DNA of 64,000 bases, from NCBI GenBank assembly GCA_023205875.1, contig CP060758.1, positions 248,001 through 312,000 on the forward strand, read 5' to 3'. Shown here piece by piece: positions 1 through 9,886 of the stretch. The DNA comes from Chloropicon primus. Taxonomy: Eukaryota. The position numbers and the translations under genes are program-made. Position 1 is the first letter of the stretch. The number at the start of each line of letters is the position of its first letter. Below the pieces are notes generated by a model, which was not told the origin of the DNA, made no database searches, and was given only the letters and a program-made list of their open reading frames with translations.

Positions 1-447
1 TCCTCCCCTCCACGAGGAGGCCAAGGTACGTGGATTACAAGATTAAGCGGTTTGAAACGAACGAGACACGTATTCCAAGGACAACACAAAGGTGAGGAAG
101 ACTGCTCCAAGGCGGACGGAAAGGCAGAAGAGAGGGACACCGGGCGACGCTACGTCTCGTGCTCTTTCGAAAGACCCCTCGGTCGAAGTTTTTGAAGCCG
201 GTTTGAGGCGCTGACGACCAGGACTTTTCTTTTTCCGTCGCCTTCTCCTTGTTTTCTGGTCAGCAGAAGAGAACACGAAAGGTGAGCGAGCAAAGGGTCG
301 AGAGCAACACCTCGCACGAGAGCAAAGAGGTCCAAGTCGTACCGTCTTTCCTCTCCTCTGCCCTGAAGACCTGTGGCACTCTCCTCCAACCTCCTTGCTG
401 ACCAACCACCGTGTTGACCACCTCTGTTCATCCCAACCCAAAACCAG

Positions 448-591
448 ATGCCCTGCCAGACGTCTTGCGAAAGCTGTAAGAACTGCAACAACTGCTCCAA
501 GTGTGCCTGCGACGCCTGCCAGTGCGCCTGCAACTGCCAGTGCCCCTGCCAGTGCTGCGACGGCAAGTGCTCCAAGGGAAGCTGCTGCTAG
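448..591 (+). CDS. Metallothionein-like protein, 47 aa (absent from ORF track)
   Basis: Manual translation MPCQTSCESCKNCNNCSKCACDACQCACNCQCPCQCCDGKCSKGSCC*: 18 Cys in CxC/CxxC/CC motifs, no aromatic residues. ATG directly follows a CAG acceptor with an upstream CTGAC branch-like site; candidate 5'UTR intron 282-447 (AG|GTGAGC donor). Confidence 0.85.
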   Translation: MPCQTSCESCKNCNNCSKCACDACQCACNCQCPCQCCDGKCSKGSCC

Positions 592-836
592 TTGCCTTGC
601 CCCTTCTCTGTCGAGGAGGGACACGAGAACCAAACCAAGAAGCACACCGGAAGGAGTTTTCTTTCATGCTTTGAGCATTAAAGCTGTAATGACAACTTCT
701 CTTTAGCGCGTCTAGCCCACCAACCCACCGAACCAAAGCGTGCTCCAAGCCGCCTGCTCCTCGTCCAAGAGAAACCGCCTCCGACGCGCTCCAGGGCAGC
801 AAAGACCACTTGCTCTGCGCAAAGCAAACTCCCACC

Positions 837-2579
837 TCACTCTTCCTCCTTGACCTTGACGATGGAAGGGGCCGTCTTGCTGCGCGTTCTCTTCGACGAC
901 GGACGACGAGGAGCAGCTTTGCAGAGCCCGACCTCTTCCAGGTACTCTCTCTTCACAATGCATTGTTCCTTGTCGCTCAGCTTAAGAGATGCGTCCGCAA
1001 AGATGATCCTCAACGCCTCGTTGTAGTCCGCGATCTCCCTCTTCTTCTCCGGCGACTTGCTGTCATAACGCTGGGCCTCCTGCACTGCGCTGGCGTACTC
1101 CTCCTCCGTCATCAGGCCGGACTCGAGAGCCTCTCTCAAATCCAAAGCATAGGGAGAAGGAGAAGGAGATCTCGTCGTCTTCATGTTGTTGTTGTTGGTG
1201 GTGGCGTTGGAATTCTGCTCATTGAGGTTGTCGGCGGTTGATCGATTCAAGTATTCCTTGGCAATGGCATACGTTCCACGTTCAGTGCGAACAAAGCGGG
1301 GGCTCTGTGAACACGCACAACAGACAGTGACCCGCATTATCTCAACATCAGTAGAAAGAGAACCATCTTTCCGCTTGAACACATACAACTTCTTGGCCTG
1401 GATCTTGGCATGGATCTCTCTGTAGTGCAAGCTCCCTCCCGCTTCTTGAAGAACGCGGTAGATGGCATCCCGAAGCGGGGAGGTGCTGACAGCACCTTGA
1501 GTATTGGACCCATTCAAGTATTCCTTGGCAATGGCATACATTCCCAAGGCAGTGCGAACAAAGAGGGGGCTCTGTAAACAAGCAGTCCCGACCCTCTTCT
1601 GCATTACCTTCAGATCAGTATGAACAGAGCCATCTCTCCGCCTGAACACATACAACTTCTTCGCCCGGATCTTGGCATGGATCTCTTCGTAGTGCAAGCT
1701 TCCTCCCGCTTCTTGAAGAACGCGGTAGATGGCATCCCGAAGCGGTGAGGGCCTGACAGCACCTTGAGTATTGGACCCATTCAAGTATTCCTTGGCAATG
1801 GCATACATTCCCAAGGCAGTGCGAACAAAGAGGGGGCTCTGTAAACAAGCAGTCCCGACCCTCTTCTGCATTACCTTCAGATCAGTATGAACAGAGCCAT
1901 CTCTCCGCCTGAACACATACAACTTCTTCGCCCGGATCTTGGCATGGATCTCTTCGTAGTGCAAGCTTCCTCCCGCTTCTTGAAGAACGCGGTAGATGGC
2001 ATCCCGAAGCGGTGAGGGCCTGACAGCAACTTGAGTATTGGACCCATTCAAGGGTTCCTTGGCAATGGCATATCTTGCGTATGCAGTGCGAACAAAGAAG
2101 GGGCTCTTTATACAAGCAGAGTTGACAAGTCTCCGCATACTCTTCGGATCAGTATGAACAGAGCCATCTCTCCGCTTGAACACATATAGCTTCTTGGCCC
2201 GGATCCGTGCATGGATCTCTTTGACCTGCAAGCTCTTTCCCGCATCTTGAAGAACGAGATAGATGGCATCCACAAGAGTTCTCTTTCCATTCCTAGTCTT
2301 GCTAGGACGTGCGTTGCCTCTCATCATAGTCACCTCTGCTGGCTCAGGCTGAAAAGACGAACCCGCACCACCACTATCCTCCTCACTGTCACTCTCCTCT
2401 TCGATGATCGTCGTAGAGCCCGTCACGAAGCTCGCCAAACACTCTCCGTCCACGTCCATGTCCATGGCACCTGGGGGCAACCCTCCCTTGTCGTCACCAC
2501 CGTCGGCGGCCCTCGCCGCGATCATCGCCGCCGTCGACCTGGTGCGTGTCCAGCGTCTCTGTCTCGTGGGACGCCTCAT
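837..2579 (-). CDS. Protein with four tandem HARE-HTH-like (winged helix) domains
   Basis: Four 89-aa units of the form DAIYxVLQEAGGSLHYEEIHAKIRAKKLY...SPLFVRTALGMYAIAKE, resembling HB1/ASXL restriction-endonuclease HTH. First ATG at 2579 (track start is TTG/GTG-type); acidic N-terminal region and basic C-terminal tail. Confidence 0.7.
   Translation of the reverse strand: MRRPTRQRRWTRTRSTAAMIAARAADGGDDKGGLPPGAMDMDVDGECLASFVTGSTTIIEEESDSEEDSGGAGSSFQPEPAEVTMMRGNARPSKTRNGKRTLVDAIYLVLQDAGKSLQVKEIHARIRAKKLYVFKRRDGSVHTDPKSMRRLVNSACIKSPFFVRTAYARYAIAKEPLNGSNTQVAVRPSPLRDAIYRVLQEAGGSLHYEEIHAKIRAKKLYVFRRRDGSVHTDLKVMQKRVGTACLQSPLFVRTALGMYAIAKEYLNGSNTQGAVRPSPLRDAIYRVLQEAGGSLHYEEIHAKIRAKKLYVFRRRDGSVHTDLKVMQKRVGTACLQSPLFVRTALGMYAIAKEYLNGSNTQGAVSTSPLRDAIYRVLQEAGGSLHYREIHAKIQAKKLYVFKRKDGSLSTDVEIMRVTVCCACSQSPRFVRTERGTYAIAKEYLNRSTADNLNEQNSNATTNNNNMKTTRSPSPSPYALDLREALESGLMTEEEYASAVQEAQRYDSKSPEKKREIADYNEALRIIFADASLKLSDKEQCIVKREYLEEVGLCKAAPRRPSSKRTRSKTAPSIVKVKEEE
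1245..2283. repeat. Coding tandem repeat, 267-bp unit, ~4 copies
   Basis: Near-identical blocks recur at 267-bp spacing (shadow ORFs at 1348, 1615, 1882); middle two copies almost identical. Confidence 0.9.
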
Positions 2580-3083
2580 GATGAAATACAACACCGCACA
2601 ACACTGCACAGCTCGACGAAGACTGCCCTTCTCTTCCTCTTCACGAACCGAGCCAACAACTCACAAAACAAACTTCGAGGCACACCTCCACTAACGCCTG
2701 TCGTCTCAAAAGAAGGACCACTCTCCTTCTTGCCAAAACCTTCAGCCGAGGTATCAATCGAAAGCCCTTGAGATGCCCTTCCGTTCTTTTAACACCTCCT
2801 CCCCTTCTTCGTCCCCGTCCGTGCACAAAGTCCTCAACAAAAACGCCTTCCCTCTCCCTTGTCGTGCGACGTGCCCGGGCGTTACTTCTCACTCGCGTTT
2901 TCAACTCCTTATCTTCTTCTTCTTCTTCTAGGGTTTTTCGCGCGAGGAAATCCTCAGGAGGAGGGGACTCCTGGCGAACCAGGAGGATGGGGATGGAGGG
3001 AACGAGGGCAAGGGCACAAGAGGGAAGGGGCCAGACAAACTACGATACCAGGAAGGACTCTTGCTTGCTCTCCGCTGCTTTCG

Positions 3084-4433
3084 ATGGATCAAGAAGGGGA
3101 CGAGGGCATGAAGGGGGCAGGCCAAGCGACGGAGGTGGACTTCTTGCGTTACGAGTTCACGGACTATCACGGAATCTCACGATCAAAGGTGGTGCCAACC
3201 CGGAGGAGCGAGGGGAGGATACGCAGCGAGAAGCTCTTTGTCTATGGCGGTGTGCTTGGGATGACCACCACGAGCGAACCGGTCATGTTGGACGACCTTC
3301 TCGTGGACGGGTGCTGTCGTAACGTGAGGCTCTTGCCACAATGGGAAACGTTCCGAGTGCTTCCCCCGAATGGCAAGTACAAGACGGGGAGGGTTTTGTG
3401 CGAGTTGGGGGACCTTGCCGGCGACGGCTTCCTCAACGCGTACCCCCGAACGATGTGCAGGAGGCTCTTGGGCGAGCTGGAGGACATGGGCTACTCGATC
3501 AAGGGGGCCTTTGAGTACGAGTTCACGCTTGGCAAGATGGAGAATGGCGCCTTCACTCCCTTCTTCAACGACAGGCCCACCTTCTCGACCACGGTTTTCG
3601 CGCACTGTGAGGAGCTCCTTTATGACCTCGACCGGGAGCTTCAAGTGATGGGAATCGAAACGAACACGTTCAATTTAGAGTATGGCAAGGGACAAATCGA
3701 GATCACAATCAAGCCGGTCTTTGGCATTGAGATTGCCGACCAAGCCTTCACCTTTCGAACCACCGTGAAGGAGTTTTTCGCACGGAAAGGCTTGCTCGCC
3801 ACCTTCGTGTGCAGGCCGCTCAAGGATACCAAAGGGGCATCCAACGGAGGCCACTTCAATCATTCCCTGTGGGCGAAGAGCTCCGACTCTCGTAGCGCTT
3901 TCTTCAACGACGGGGAGCTGTCGGTGGTGGCCCACAGGTGGATCTCGGGAATCTTAAAGCATTCCAAGGGGCTTGAAGCCCTGTTTGCGCCGACGCTCTC
4001 CTGTTATAACAGAGTGAAACCCTGGTCATGGGCTCCCGTGAATGCAAGCTGGGGGGGAGAGAACAGGACCGCCGCCGTGCGGACCAAGGTGGACGGGGAG
4101 GACGGGACTTATCTCGAGTGCAGAGCGCCCTCCGCTTCAGCCTCGCCTTATCTGGTTTTGGCCGGAGTGCTGGCCGCTGGTATCAATGGCCTAAGGACGA
4201 CTGGCCCGGTTGAACTCCCACCAGAATCGCAAGCGAGCGCGTATGAAGACGAAACGCTCAAGCTCCCGACCAGTCTAGGCGAAAGCTTGCAAGCCTTGGA
4301 AGAGGATGCGGATTTAGTCCGGTCACTGGGTCCGCGCTTTGTCAAGTGGTTCAAGACCGTCAAGGAACACAAGCTCAGCAAAGATAATGTCGATGAGAAG
4401 CACGTTGACTTGGATGATCTCTCTCTGTTGTGA
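3084..4433 (+). CDS. Glutamine synthetase type I-like / lengsin-like protein
   Basis: Motifs FTDYHGISRSK, FEYEF, EYGKGQIE, NGGHFNHSLW, WGGENRTAAVR, YLECRAP, SPYLVLAG. ATG chosen at 3084 (MDQEG); start uncertain. Confidence 0.85.
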   Translation: MDQEGDEGMKGAGQATEVDFLRYEFTDYHGISRSKVVPTRRSEGRIRSEKLFVYGGVLGMTTTSEPVMLDDLLVDGCCRNVRLLPQWETFRVLPPNGKYKTGRVLCELGDLAGDGFLNAYPRTMCRRLLGELEDMGYSIKGAFEYEFTLGKMENGAFTPFFNDRPTFSTTVFAHCEELLYDLDRELQVMGIETNTFNLEYGKGQIEITIKPVFGIEIADQAFTFRTTVKEFFARKGLLATFVCRPLKDTKGASNGGHFNHSLWAKSSDSRSAFFNDGELSVVAHRWISGILKHSKGLEALFAPTLSCYNRVKPWSWAPVNASWGGENRTAAVRTKVDGEDGTYLECRAPSASASPYLVLAGVLAAGINGLRTTGPVELPPESQASAYEDETLKLPTSLGESLQALEEDADLVRSLGPRFVKWFKTVKEHKLSKDNVDEKHVDLDDLSLL

Positions 4434-4459
4434 ATAAATAATAAAAAGAATGATATGCG

Positions 4460-7450
4460 TTACACCACGTCGTGGTTGTCGTCGAAAGCGTCTGCGAGTG
4501 CATCGTCAGAGAGCCAGCCTTCCTTCACCTCCGTAACCATTTCCATGTACACCGCCTTTTTGGTCTGAATGAGGTCTCGGAAAACCACGAACGGGCTCTT
4601 GCTGCTCCTCTTACTCCTCACCAGCGTTTTCCCGTACATGTAATTCCTTCTTCCCTGGGCCCTCTTTGCGATCTTGTCTTGCCAGCCGACGCACAGCGCC
4701 CTTCGTATGACCATGGACAGCTGGGTCTTCACTCTCGGAGTCACAGCTTGCAGTCCAAGCCTTCCGCCCGCCTCGCTCACCGCTTTCTTCATGATCTCGT
4801 GCTCCTTCAGGTTGCTGCCTTCGCTGCTGTCCACCCTCGTCGCACAGATGCTGGCCAGCTGCCTCTTCAGCTGAAGGACGTCCCTGATGATTGTGGGGTG
4901 CAAGCCATTTCTCTGGCAGAAGGCCCGCAGGTTGTAAGAGTTCGTGGCCGCTTCCTCCTCGTACGCTCTCAGAACTTCCAGGGAGGCAAACACGTCGCCG
5001 CCGTACCTCTCCACAACCGTCCTCAAATAGTCTTTGCTGAGGCACTCGACCGATTCGCTGGACTCCTTGTTCCCCTTGCTGGCGTCCGGAAGTGGATCAC
5101 TCTTCTCTTGCGCAATGAAATTTTCAAAGCTCAAGATTGCAGCGACTGAGATGGCAGTCTGTAGACACTTGCCCAAGAGCTTTGGGGTCCCGCAATGCAT
5201 CACGGAGGCAACGAGCATCCTCGCGTGCCGCGGATTCACGGGGAACTTGGACAGGAAGCTGCCAAGAGAATTTATTTGCCCACTCTTAGGGTCCACCACA
5301 TCCAGTATTCTCAGGCACTTCTCCGCCTTGGAAAGGCTGCTGGGGTTGGGCTGGGTCGGAAAGGGGAAGCTCTCCGGCTTGTCCACGCCGATGGACTTGA
5401 GCTGCAGCACCACCGCTTCCAACGGCGTGTTCCTGATGTCTGGCACAGAGTACTGGGGGAAGTTGTCGTTGAAGAAAGCCGAGCTGAACAGGCGGTAACA
5501 GTGCCCAGGGCCCGTACGCCCCGCTCTTCCAGCCCTCTGAGTGGCGGACGACTTGGAGACCCAAGCAACCTCAAACTGGGTCAATCCAGAATCAACGCTC
5601 TTCACCGTCTTCTGCTTGGATCTTCCAGTGTCAACGACGTAACGAATTCCAGGAATTGTGATCGACGTCTCCGCCACATTCGTTGCGATGATGATGAGCC
5701 TGCTGTTTGCCGGAGGCTTCATGAAGGCCCTTCCCTGCGCCTCCCGCCCCAGCTTTGCATACAGGGGGACCACGATTGCATCTAGCCTCACATCTTTGCC
5801 CCTTCCTTCTTCCTCGTCCCCCTTGCCCGCGATTGTCCCCGGGAGCTCTTCTCGGTCCTCCTCCTCCGACTCGTCGTCATCCGATCTGTCTGCTTCCTCT
5901 TCGTCAAGATCAGAATCTTCCTCGTCACTCGAGAAATCCTCGGCGGCGTCTCCGTCAAAGGGGTTCAGGTCCCCCCCCTCCTCCTCGTCCTCCTCCTCGT
6001 CCTGACCGCTCTGTGCCGGGGCGGGCAGTTCCGCTCCTCGGCCCAGCCGCTTTTGTAGCCTCTTTGTCAGGTACATCACTTCTCTCTGCCCCGTGACGAA
6101 CACGAGAATGCCGCCGTTTGGCAGCTTTCGGTGGATGGCAACAACTTTCTTGTACGCCACGTCCAGGTAGCTGTGCATCTCAGTCTTGCGGCTAAAGTGA
6201 ATGGTCACTGGGAAGCGTTTCACGGGGATACTGATGACAGGAGGGGGTTCCCTGAACAGCCTCCTGTTCTCCACGAACTCCTTGGAGGACAAGGTCGCGC
6301 TCATGATCAGAAGCTTGAGCTCTTCGATCCCCGATCCCGGGTTTGAGGCCAGCTTCGCCCTCAAGGGGATGATCCTCGTCAGGAATCCGAGAATGACGTC
6401 CGTGTTCATGTTCCTCTCGTGAACCTCATCAAGGACGATGACGCTGTACTTTCTCAAGAGGGCGTCCTCTTGCAGCTCTCGCATCAATATTCCGTCCGTC
6501 ATGAACTTGAGCGCCGTTCTGCTTCCCATTCGTTTGTTGTGTCTCACCTGGTACCCGACGATGTCCCCAAGCTTGGTGTCCAGCTCCTGAGCCACCCTCT
6601 CAGCAGTGGAAGAGGCCGCGATTCTCCTGGGCTGGGTTATTCCCACCTGCCCCTTCGTCCTCTTGGTGCCGTATCCGGCCTCGTACAAAAATTGTGGAAT
6701 CTGCGTCGTCTTTCCGCTTCCCGTCTCTCCGCAGATCAAAACCGTGGCGTTGTAGTTCACCGCTTCCATGATCTCTTGCTCCATGGCGCAGATCGGCAGG
6801 GCCGTCCGCGAGTTCTCGATATCTTCCTTCCTCGTCACGTGGACCACGTAGTCCCCGGACCTCACGCTCTCCGCCTTCTTGCGCAACTCCTCCTCAAGCG
6901 TCGGTGCTCTTGGTACTCGCCGCTCAGGCTGCGGGTCCGTTTCCGCTCCGCCGTCATCCTCCCTCGCCTTGTCCACAGCGGCAGGCTTCGAGCTCGTCCC
7001 GGCACTTTTGTTCACCGTCTGCCGTCGGTCCTCCTCCCCTCGGCTTGGCCTCGAGGCCGGAGTCGCTTTTCCGGGCTTGCCCTTCCGAGGCTCGTCCCCG
7101 CCGACACCACCTGCAGTCCTTCCACCACCGACGGTCGCTCCCGGCACGAACAAGTCTTCTATGCCGCAAACGTCCCCGTTCCTCTCCCTTGGCGCGACGC
7201 TTGGGCCACCATTTGCCCCATTCCGGTCGCAGTCCGGTCCCCCTGCCCCCACCGCCTCCCCCTCCCTCTTGCTCGGTTCCTGCTTGCTGCCGTGCTTCCT
7301 CTCCCTCACGAGGTTCTTGTCCCAGCTCTGGAGATCCCGCGTCGATATCTGGTACTTGGCCAGGGTCTCCAACGCTCTGGAGGTCCTCGCTCTCTTCTCC
7401 TTCTTCGCCAGCGCCGCTAGCTCCTTCCTCCTCTTGCTCGACTTGCCCAT
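4460..7450 (-). CDS. DHX37: DEAH-box RNA helicase DHX37/Dhr1 (40S biogenesis)
   Basis: GETGSGKTTQIPQFLYEAGYG, TQPRR, DEVHER, MSAT, TNVAETSITIPGIRYVVD, QRAGRAGRTGPGHCYRLFSS; acidic insertion typical of Dhr1; first ATG MGKSSKRR at 7450. Confidence 0.9.
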   Translation of the reverse strand: MGKSSKRRKELAALAKKEKRARTSRALETLAKYQISTRDLQSWDKNLVRERKHGSKQEPSKREGEAVGAGGPDCDRNGANGGPSVAPRERNGDVCGIEDLFVPGATVGGGRTAGGVGGDEPRKGKPGKATPASRPSRGEEDRRQTVNKSAGTSSKPAAVDKAREDDGGAETDPQPERRVPRAPTLEEELRKKAESVRSGDYVVHVTRKEDIENSRTALPICAMEQEIMEAVNYNATVLICGETGSGKTTQIPQFLYEAGYGTKRTKGQVGITQPRRIAASSTAERVAQELDTKLGDIVGYQVRHNKRMGSRTALKFMTDGILMRELQEDALLRKYSVIVLDEVHERNMNTDVILGFLTRIIPLRAKLASNPGSGIEELKLLIMSATLSSKEFVENRRLFREPPPVISIPVKRFPVTIHFSRKTEMHSYLDVAYKKVVAIHRKLPNGGILVFVTGQREVMYLTKRLQKRLGRGAELPAPAQSGQDEEEDEEEGGDLNPFDGDAAEDFSSDEEDSDLDEEEADRSDDDESEEEDREELPGTIAGKGDEEEGRGKDVRLDAIVVPLYAKLGREAQGRAFMKPPANSRLIIIATNVAETSITIPGIRYVVDTGRSKQKTVKSVDSGLTQFEVAWVSKSSATQRAGRAGRTGPGHCYRLFSSAFFNDNFPQYSVPDIRNTPLEAVVLQLKSIGVDKPESFPFPTQPNPSSLSKAEKCLRILDVVDPKSGQINSLGSFLSKFPVNPRHARMLVASVMHCGTPKLLGKCLQTAISVAAILSFENFIAQEKSDPLPDASKGNKESSESVECLSKDYLRTVVERYGGDVFASLEVLRAYEEEAATNSYNLRAFCQRNGLHPTIIRDVLQLKRQLASICATRVDSSEGSNLKEHEIMKKAVSEAGGRLGLQAVTPRVKTQLSMVIRRALCVGWQDKIAKRAQGRRNYMYGKTLVRSKRSSKSPFVVFRDLIQTKKAVYMEMVTEVKEGWLSDDALADAFDDNHDVV

Positions 7451-7515
7451 GGCGTCACAACGCGCATCGACCGTGCCCTCTCGCGAACCCAATTCAGGCA
7501 AACTCGGTGTCAATG

Positions 7516-7529
7516 GAAAGATCTCGAGA
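7516..7529 (-). promoter_or_regulatory. Recurrent upstream motif, sense-strand TCTC-N5-CTTTC (representative copy, upstream of DHX37)
   Basis: GAAAGATCTCGAGA on plus; related copies at 155, 7698, 7939, 11825, 11999, 15406, 35621, 59748 and 60271, all intergenic. Confidence 0.6.
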
Positions 7530-8185
7530 CGAAGGTTTCATCCCCGTGATCCACCGTATCGATTGCACCGCTCCCTTTCCCTCCTCGGCACGAGAAGGTT
7601 CCTCTTCCCTCGCCAGCAGCAGAGCACCCACTCAGCACCTCCCCTCGGTCCTCCTCGCTCGGTCCTCCCGTCAAATTCTTCGAGTGAGGGCTCTTCGGAA
7701 AGATCTCGAGACGAAGTTTCGTCCTGTCGTCCTGGCGCGCTCCCTTACTCTCTCCCTTGCCCTCCTCTCCCCCTCCTCCTCGTCTCTTCCGGCTCTCCCC
7801 CTTGGACGAGCAAAGCGATCGCAAGGAGTTTGGATAAGAGACTCAGAGAGGCGGTGGTGTCTAATCGCGTCGTCGAGGAGGAGCGAGCGACGAGGAAGGG
7901 AAGGGAAAGTGAGGAGAGTGGCTAGACACGGTGATACGTCTCACGATCTTTCGATCGACTCCTTGAACGAAGGATTTGGTTCACTGGAGAAGATTTGGCA
8001 ACGAGAAGAACGTTTTTCGTGTCAGATTTTGCCTCATCTGAAGGTGTGTTCGAGGAGACGCAGAGGGCGAGGAAAGCGGCGAGAGGGGAAGGAGAAGCAC
8101 CAAAGCGAAAGTTCATCTCTTCCTCTTTCGATTGGTGGGTCGCTTGACCGGTTTGGCTGGCCGGAGGCGAAGTGTTTTGGAAGGA

Positions 8186-8845
8186 ATGAGGATGATGAGG
8201 TTGGGATGGAGAGGACCTGCTGGGTTGATGAAGGTGGGAGTGCGAGGGAGCGGAGGGCAAGGCGTGGGGACGAGGAGGTGCCCGAGGCACGAGGGGACCT
8301 TCCGATGTAACGTGTTCGACTCCGAGGCTGCGCAAGATTGTCGAATGGAGGACGCAGAGGCGTACGAGTTCTTCGACTTGGAGAAGGCTGCTTCTGCTCC
8401 TGGTTCGGAGAGCGAGGCCGCGACGACGTCTCGTTCCGTTCACGGCAGCTTCACGGTGCAGGAGCAAGTGGCGAGGAACTTTACGAGGACGCAAAGGTAC
8501 CTTCCTCACGGGGGCCTCGGGTTGTGCCTCATCGTGTGCTGGGCCTACTTCGCGAACAGCAAGAAGCTGGCCACGCTGCAGGAGAGGAAGGCCAAGGAGA
8601 GGAGGGTCCTGGAGGAGAAGAAGGATTGGCTCAAGTCCAGGACTTTGCTGTCCATGTCGCCCCAAGACGAGCAGCAGCAGAAGGTGGATAGCACGGAGTA
8701 TCCCGAGAGTTTGATGGCGGCGGAGGACGACGGGAGTCTGGCGCGTCCGACGGATAAGGTTTACGACAGCTTCCTCAGGGACAGCAAGGCCGATCGAGTC
8801 CTCGCGCCCTCCGAAATCTTCCTGGACGGCGGGGAAGGGTCGTGA
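8186..8845 (+). CDS. Hypothetical single-TM protein, possibly plastid-targeted
   Basis: Open frame with Arg-rich N-terminus, one hydrophobic segment (GGLGLCLIVCWAYFA), coding-like codon use; convergent with next gene across a short AT-rich gap. Confidence 0.6.
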   Translation: MRMMRLGWRGPAGLMKVGVRGSGGQGVGTRRCPRHEGTFRCNVFDSEAAQDCRMEDAEAYEFFDLEKAASAPGSESEAATTSRSVHGSFTVQEQVARNFTRTQRYLPHGGLGLCLIVCWAYFANSKKLATLQERKAKERRVLEEKKDWLKSRTLLSMSPQDEQQQKVDSTEYPESLMAAEDDGSLARPTDKVYDSFLRDSKADRVLAPSEIFLDGGEGS

Positions 8846-8947
8846 GACCTCGTGACCGCCTGTAGAGCTCCTTGCTACTGTTGTTGTACACTTAAAAACC
8901 TTATTAATACAAACCTGTTTCTTAAACGACGACGACCAAAGGTTCCC

Positions 8948-9643
8948 TCACTGCTCCTTCAGCTTCACCTTGGTGGCTGGGCCCACGACCGGCTTCCCCC
9001 TCGATCTGCCCGCCGTCCTCTCCCTGGTGTCGCTTCGGAGCATGAACAGAAAGGTCTCCAGCAGGAGGCCGGCGAAGGCGCCGACGAGCCCGCAGCACAG
9101 GGGAACCACCTCGCCCTCTCCCTCGCCGCCCGTGACCTTGAGAGACACGTAGTAACCGAATGCGAAGAGACTCCCCATCACAGCCACGGTGTTCAAGCCC
9201 AATCCAAGCTGGTCTCTGTAACTCGACATGTACTCGTAGCCTCCCTTCTCCTGGGTTGAGGTGGGTTCGATGTCCTTGACCATGTCTGCATACTTCCTCT
9301 CCTCGAGGTCTGCCCTAATCTTCTCCAGCCTCTTGACGAGCTCCGGGTTCCGTCCAGGCTTCGGCTCCGGCGATGGGTAACACAACTTCGCATCGCGGCA
9401 CACATCCTGCAGCCAAGGACCTCCCTCACCCTCATCATCGTGGACATCCTCATCGTCGTGGGCACCCTCGCCATCCTCATGAGCGTCTCCTCGTTTTGCC
9501 TTTCGTATGGTGCGCAGAGCCTGAAGCAAGGTGGGCCAAGGGACCCAGTCCTCTTGTGCGAAGTCCTCGGCCTCGCGATAAGACAAGGAGGCGGCCGAGG
9601 TAAGCGCCTCCCTCACCGTCGGAGTCACCTCCACGAGGGCCAT
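8948..9643 (-). CDS. TMEM199: V-ATPase assembly factor Vma12/TMEM199
   Basis: P..RNPELVKRLEKIRADLEERKYADMVKDI followed by two TM helices (LGLGLNTVAVMGSLFAFGYY; GLVGAFAGLLLETFLFM). Confidence 0.8.
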   Translation of the reverse strand: MALVEVTPTVREALTSAASLSYREAEDFAQEDWVPWPTLLQALRTIRKAKRGDAHEDGEGAHDDEDVHDDEGEGGPWLQDVCRDAKLCYPSPEPKPGRNPELVKRLEKIRADLEERKYADMVKDIEPTSTQEKGGYEYMSSYRDQLGLGLNTVAVMGSLFAFGYYVSLKVTGGEGEGEVVPLCCGLVGAFAGLLLETFLFMLRSDTRERTAGRSRGKPVVGPATKVKLKEQ

Positions 9644-9886
9644 TCGCCAACTCCAGAGAGAGAGAGCTTAGATGCTGGGCTGTGCAGGTTGTCCAAGTGT
9701 GCGAGGGAGGAGGAGGAGGGAGGGCTTCATGAGGGATGCGGGGAGGGAGAGGTTCTCTCTGCATAGAGGTCAGCCTCTTTACTGGAGATGCTGGGTGATG
9801 GCCATATTCATATTTGGAGACCACACTTCACTTGGGATGAATGAAAGTTGCTTCACATCATCATAATTGATCATCAGTTGTGTTTT

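Noticed and set aside
43..835. Track ORFs 43-645, 150-575, 395-706 and 428-835
   Set aside because: Alternative-frame or antisense readings of the Cys-codon-rich metallothionein and its UTRs.
6419..8310. Long plus-strand ORFs overlapping DHX37 (and similar antisense ORFs over RCC1, CobW, GALE, NOG1)
   Set aside because: Expected stop-poor antisense frames in GC3-rich genes.
9770..9864. Possible C/D snoRNA on minus strand (ATGATGA...CTGA)
   Set aside because: No terminal stem and no rRNA complementarity that I could recognise; boxes may be chance.
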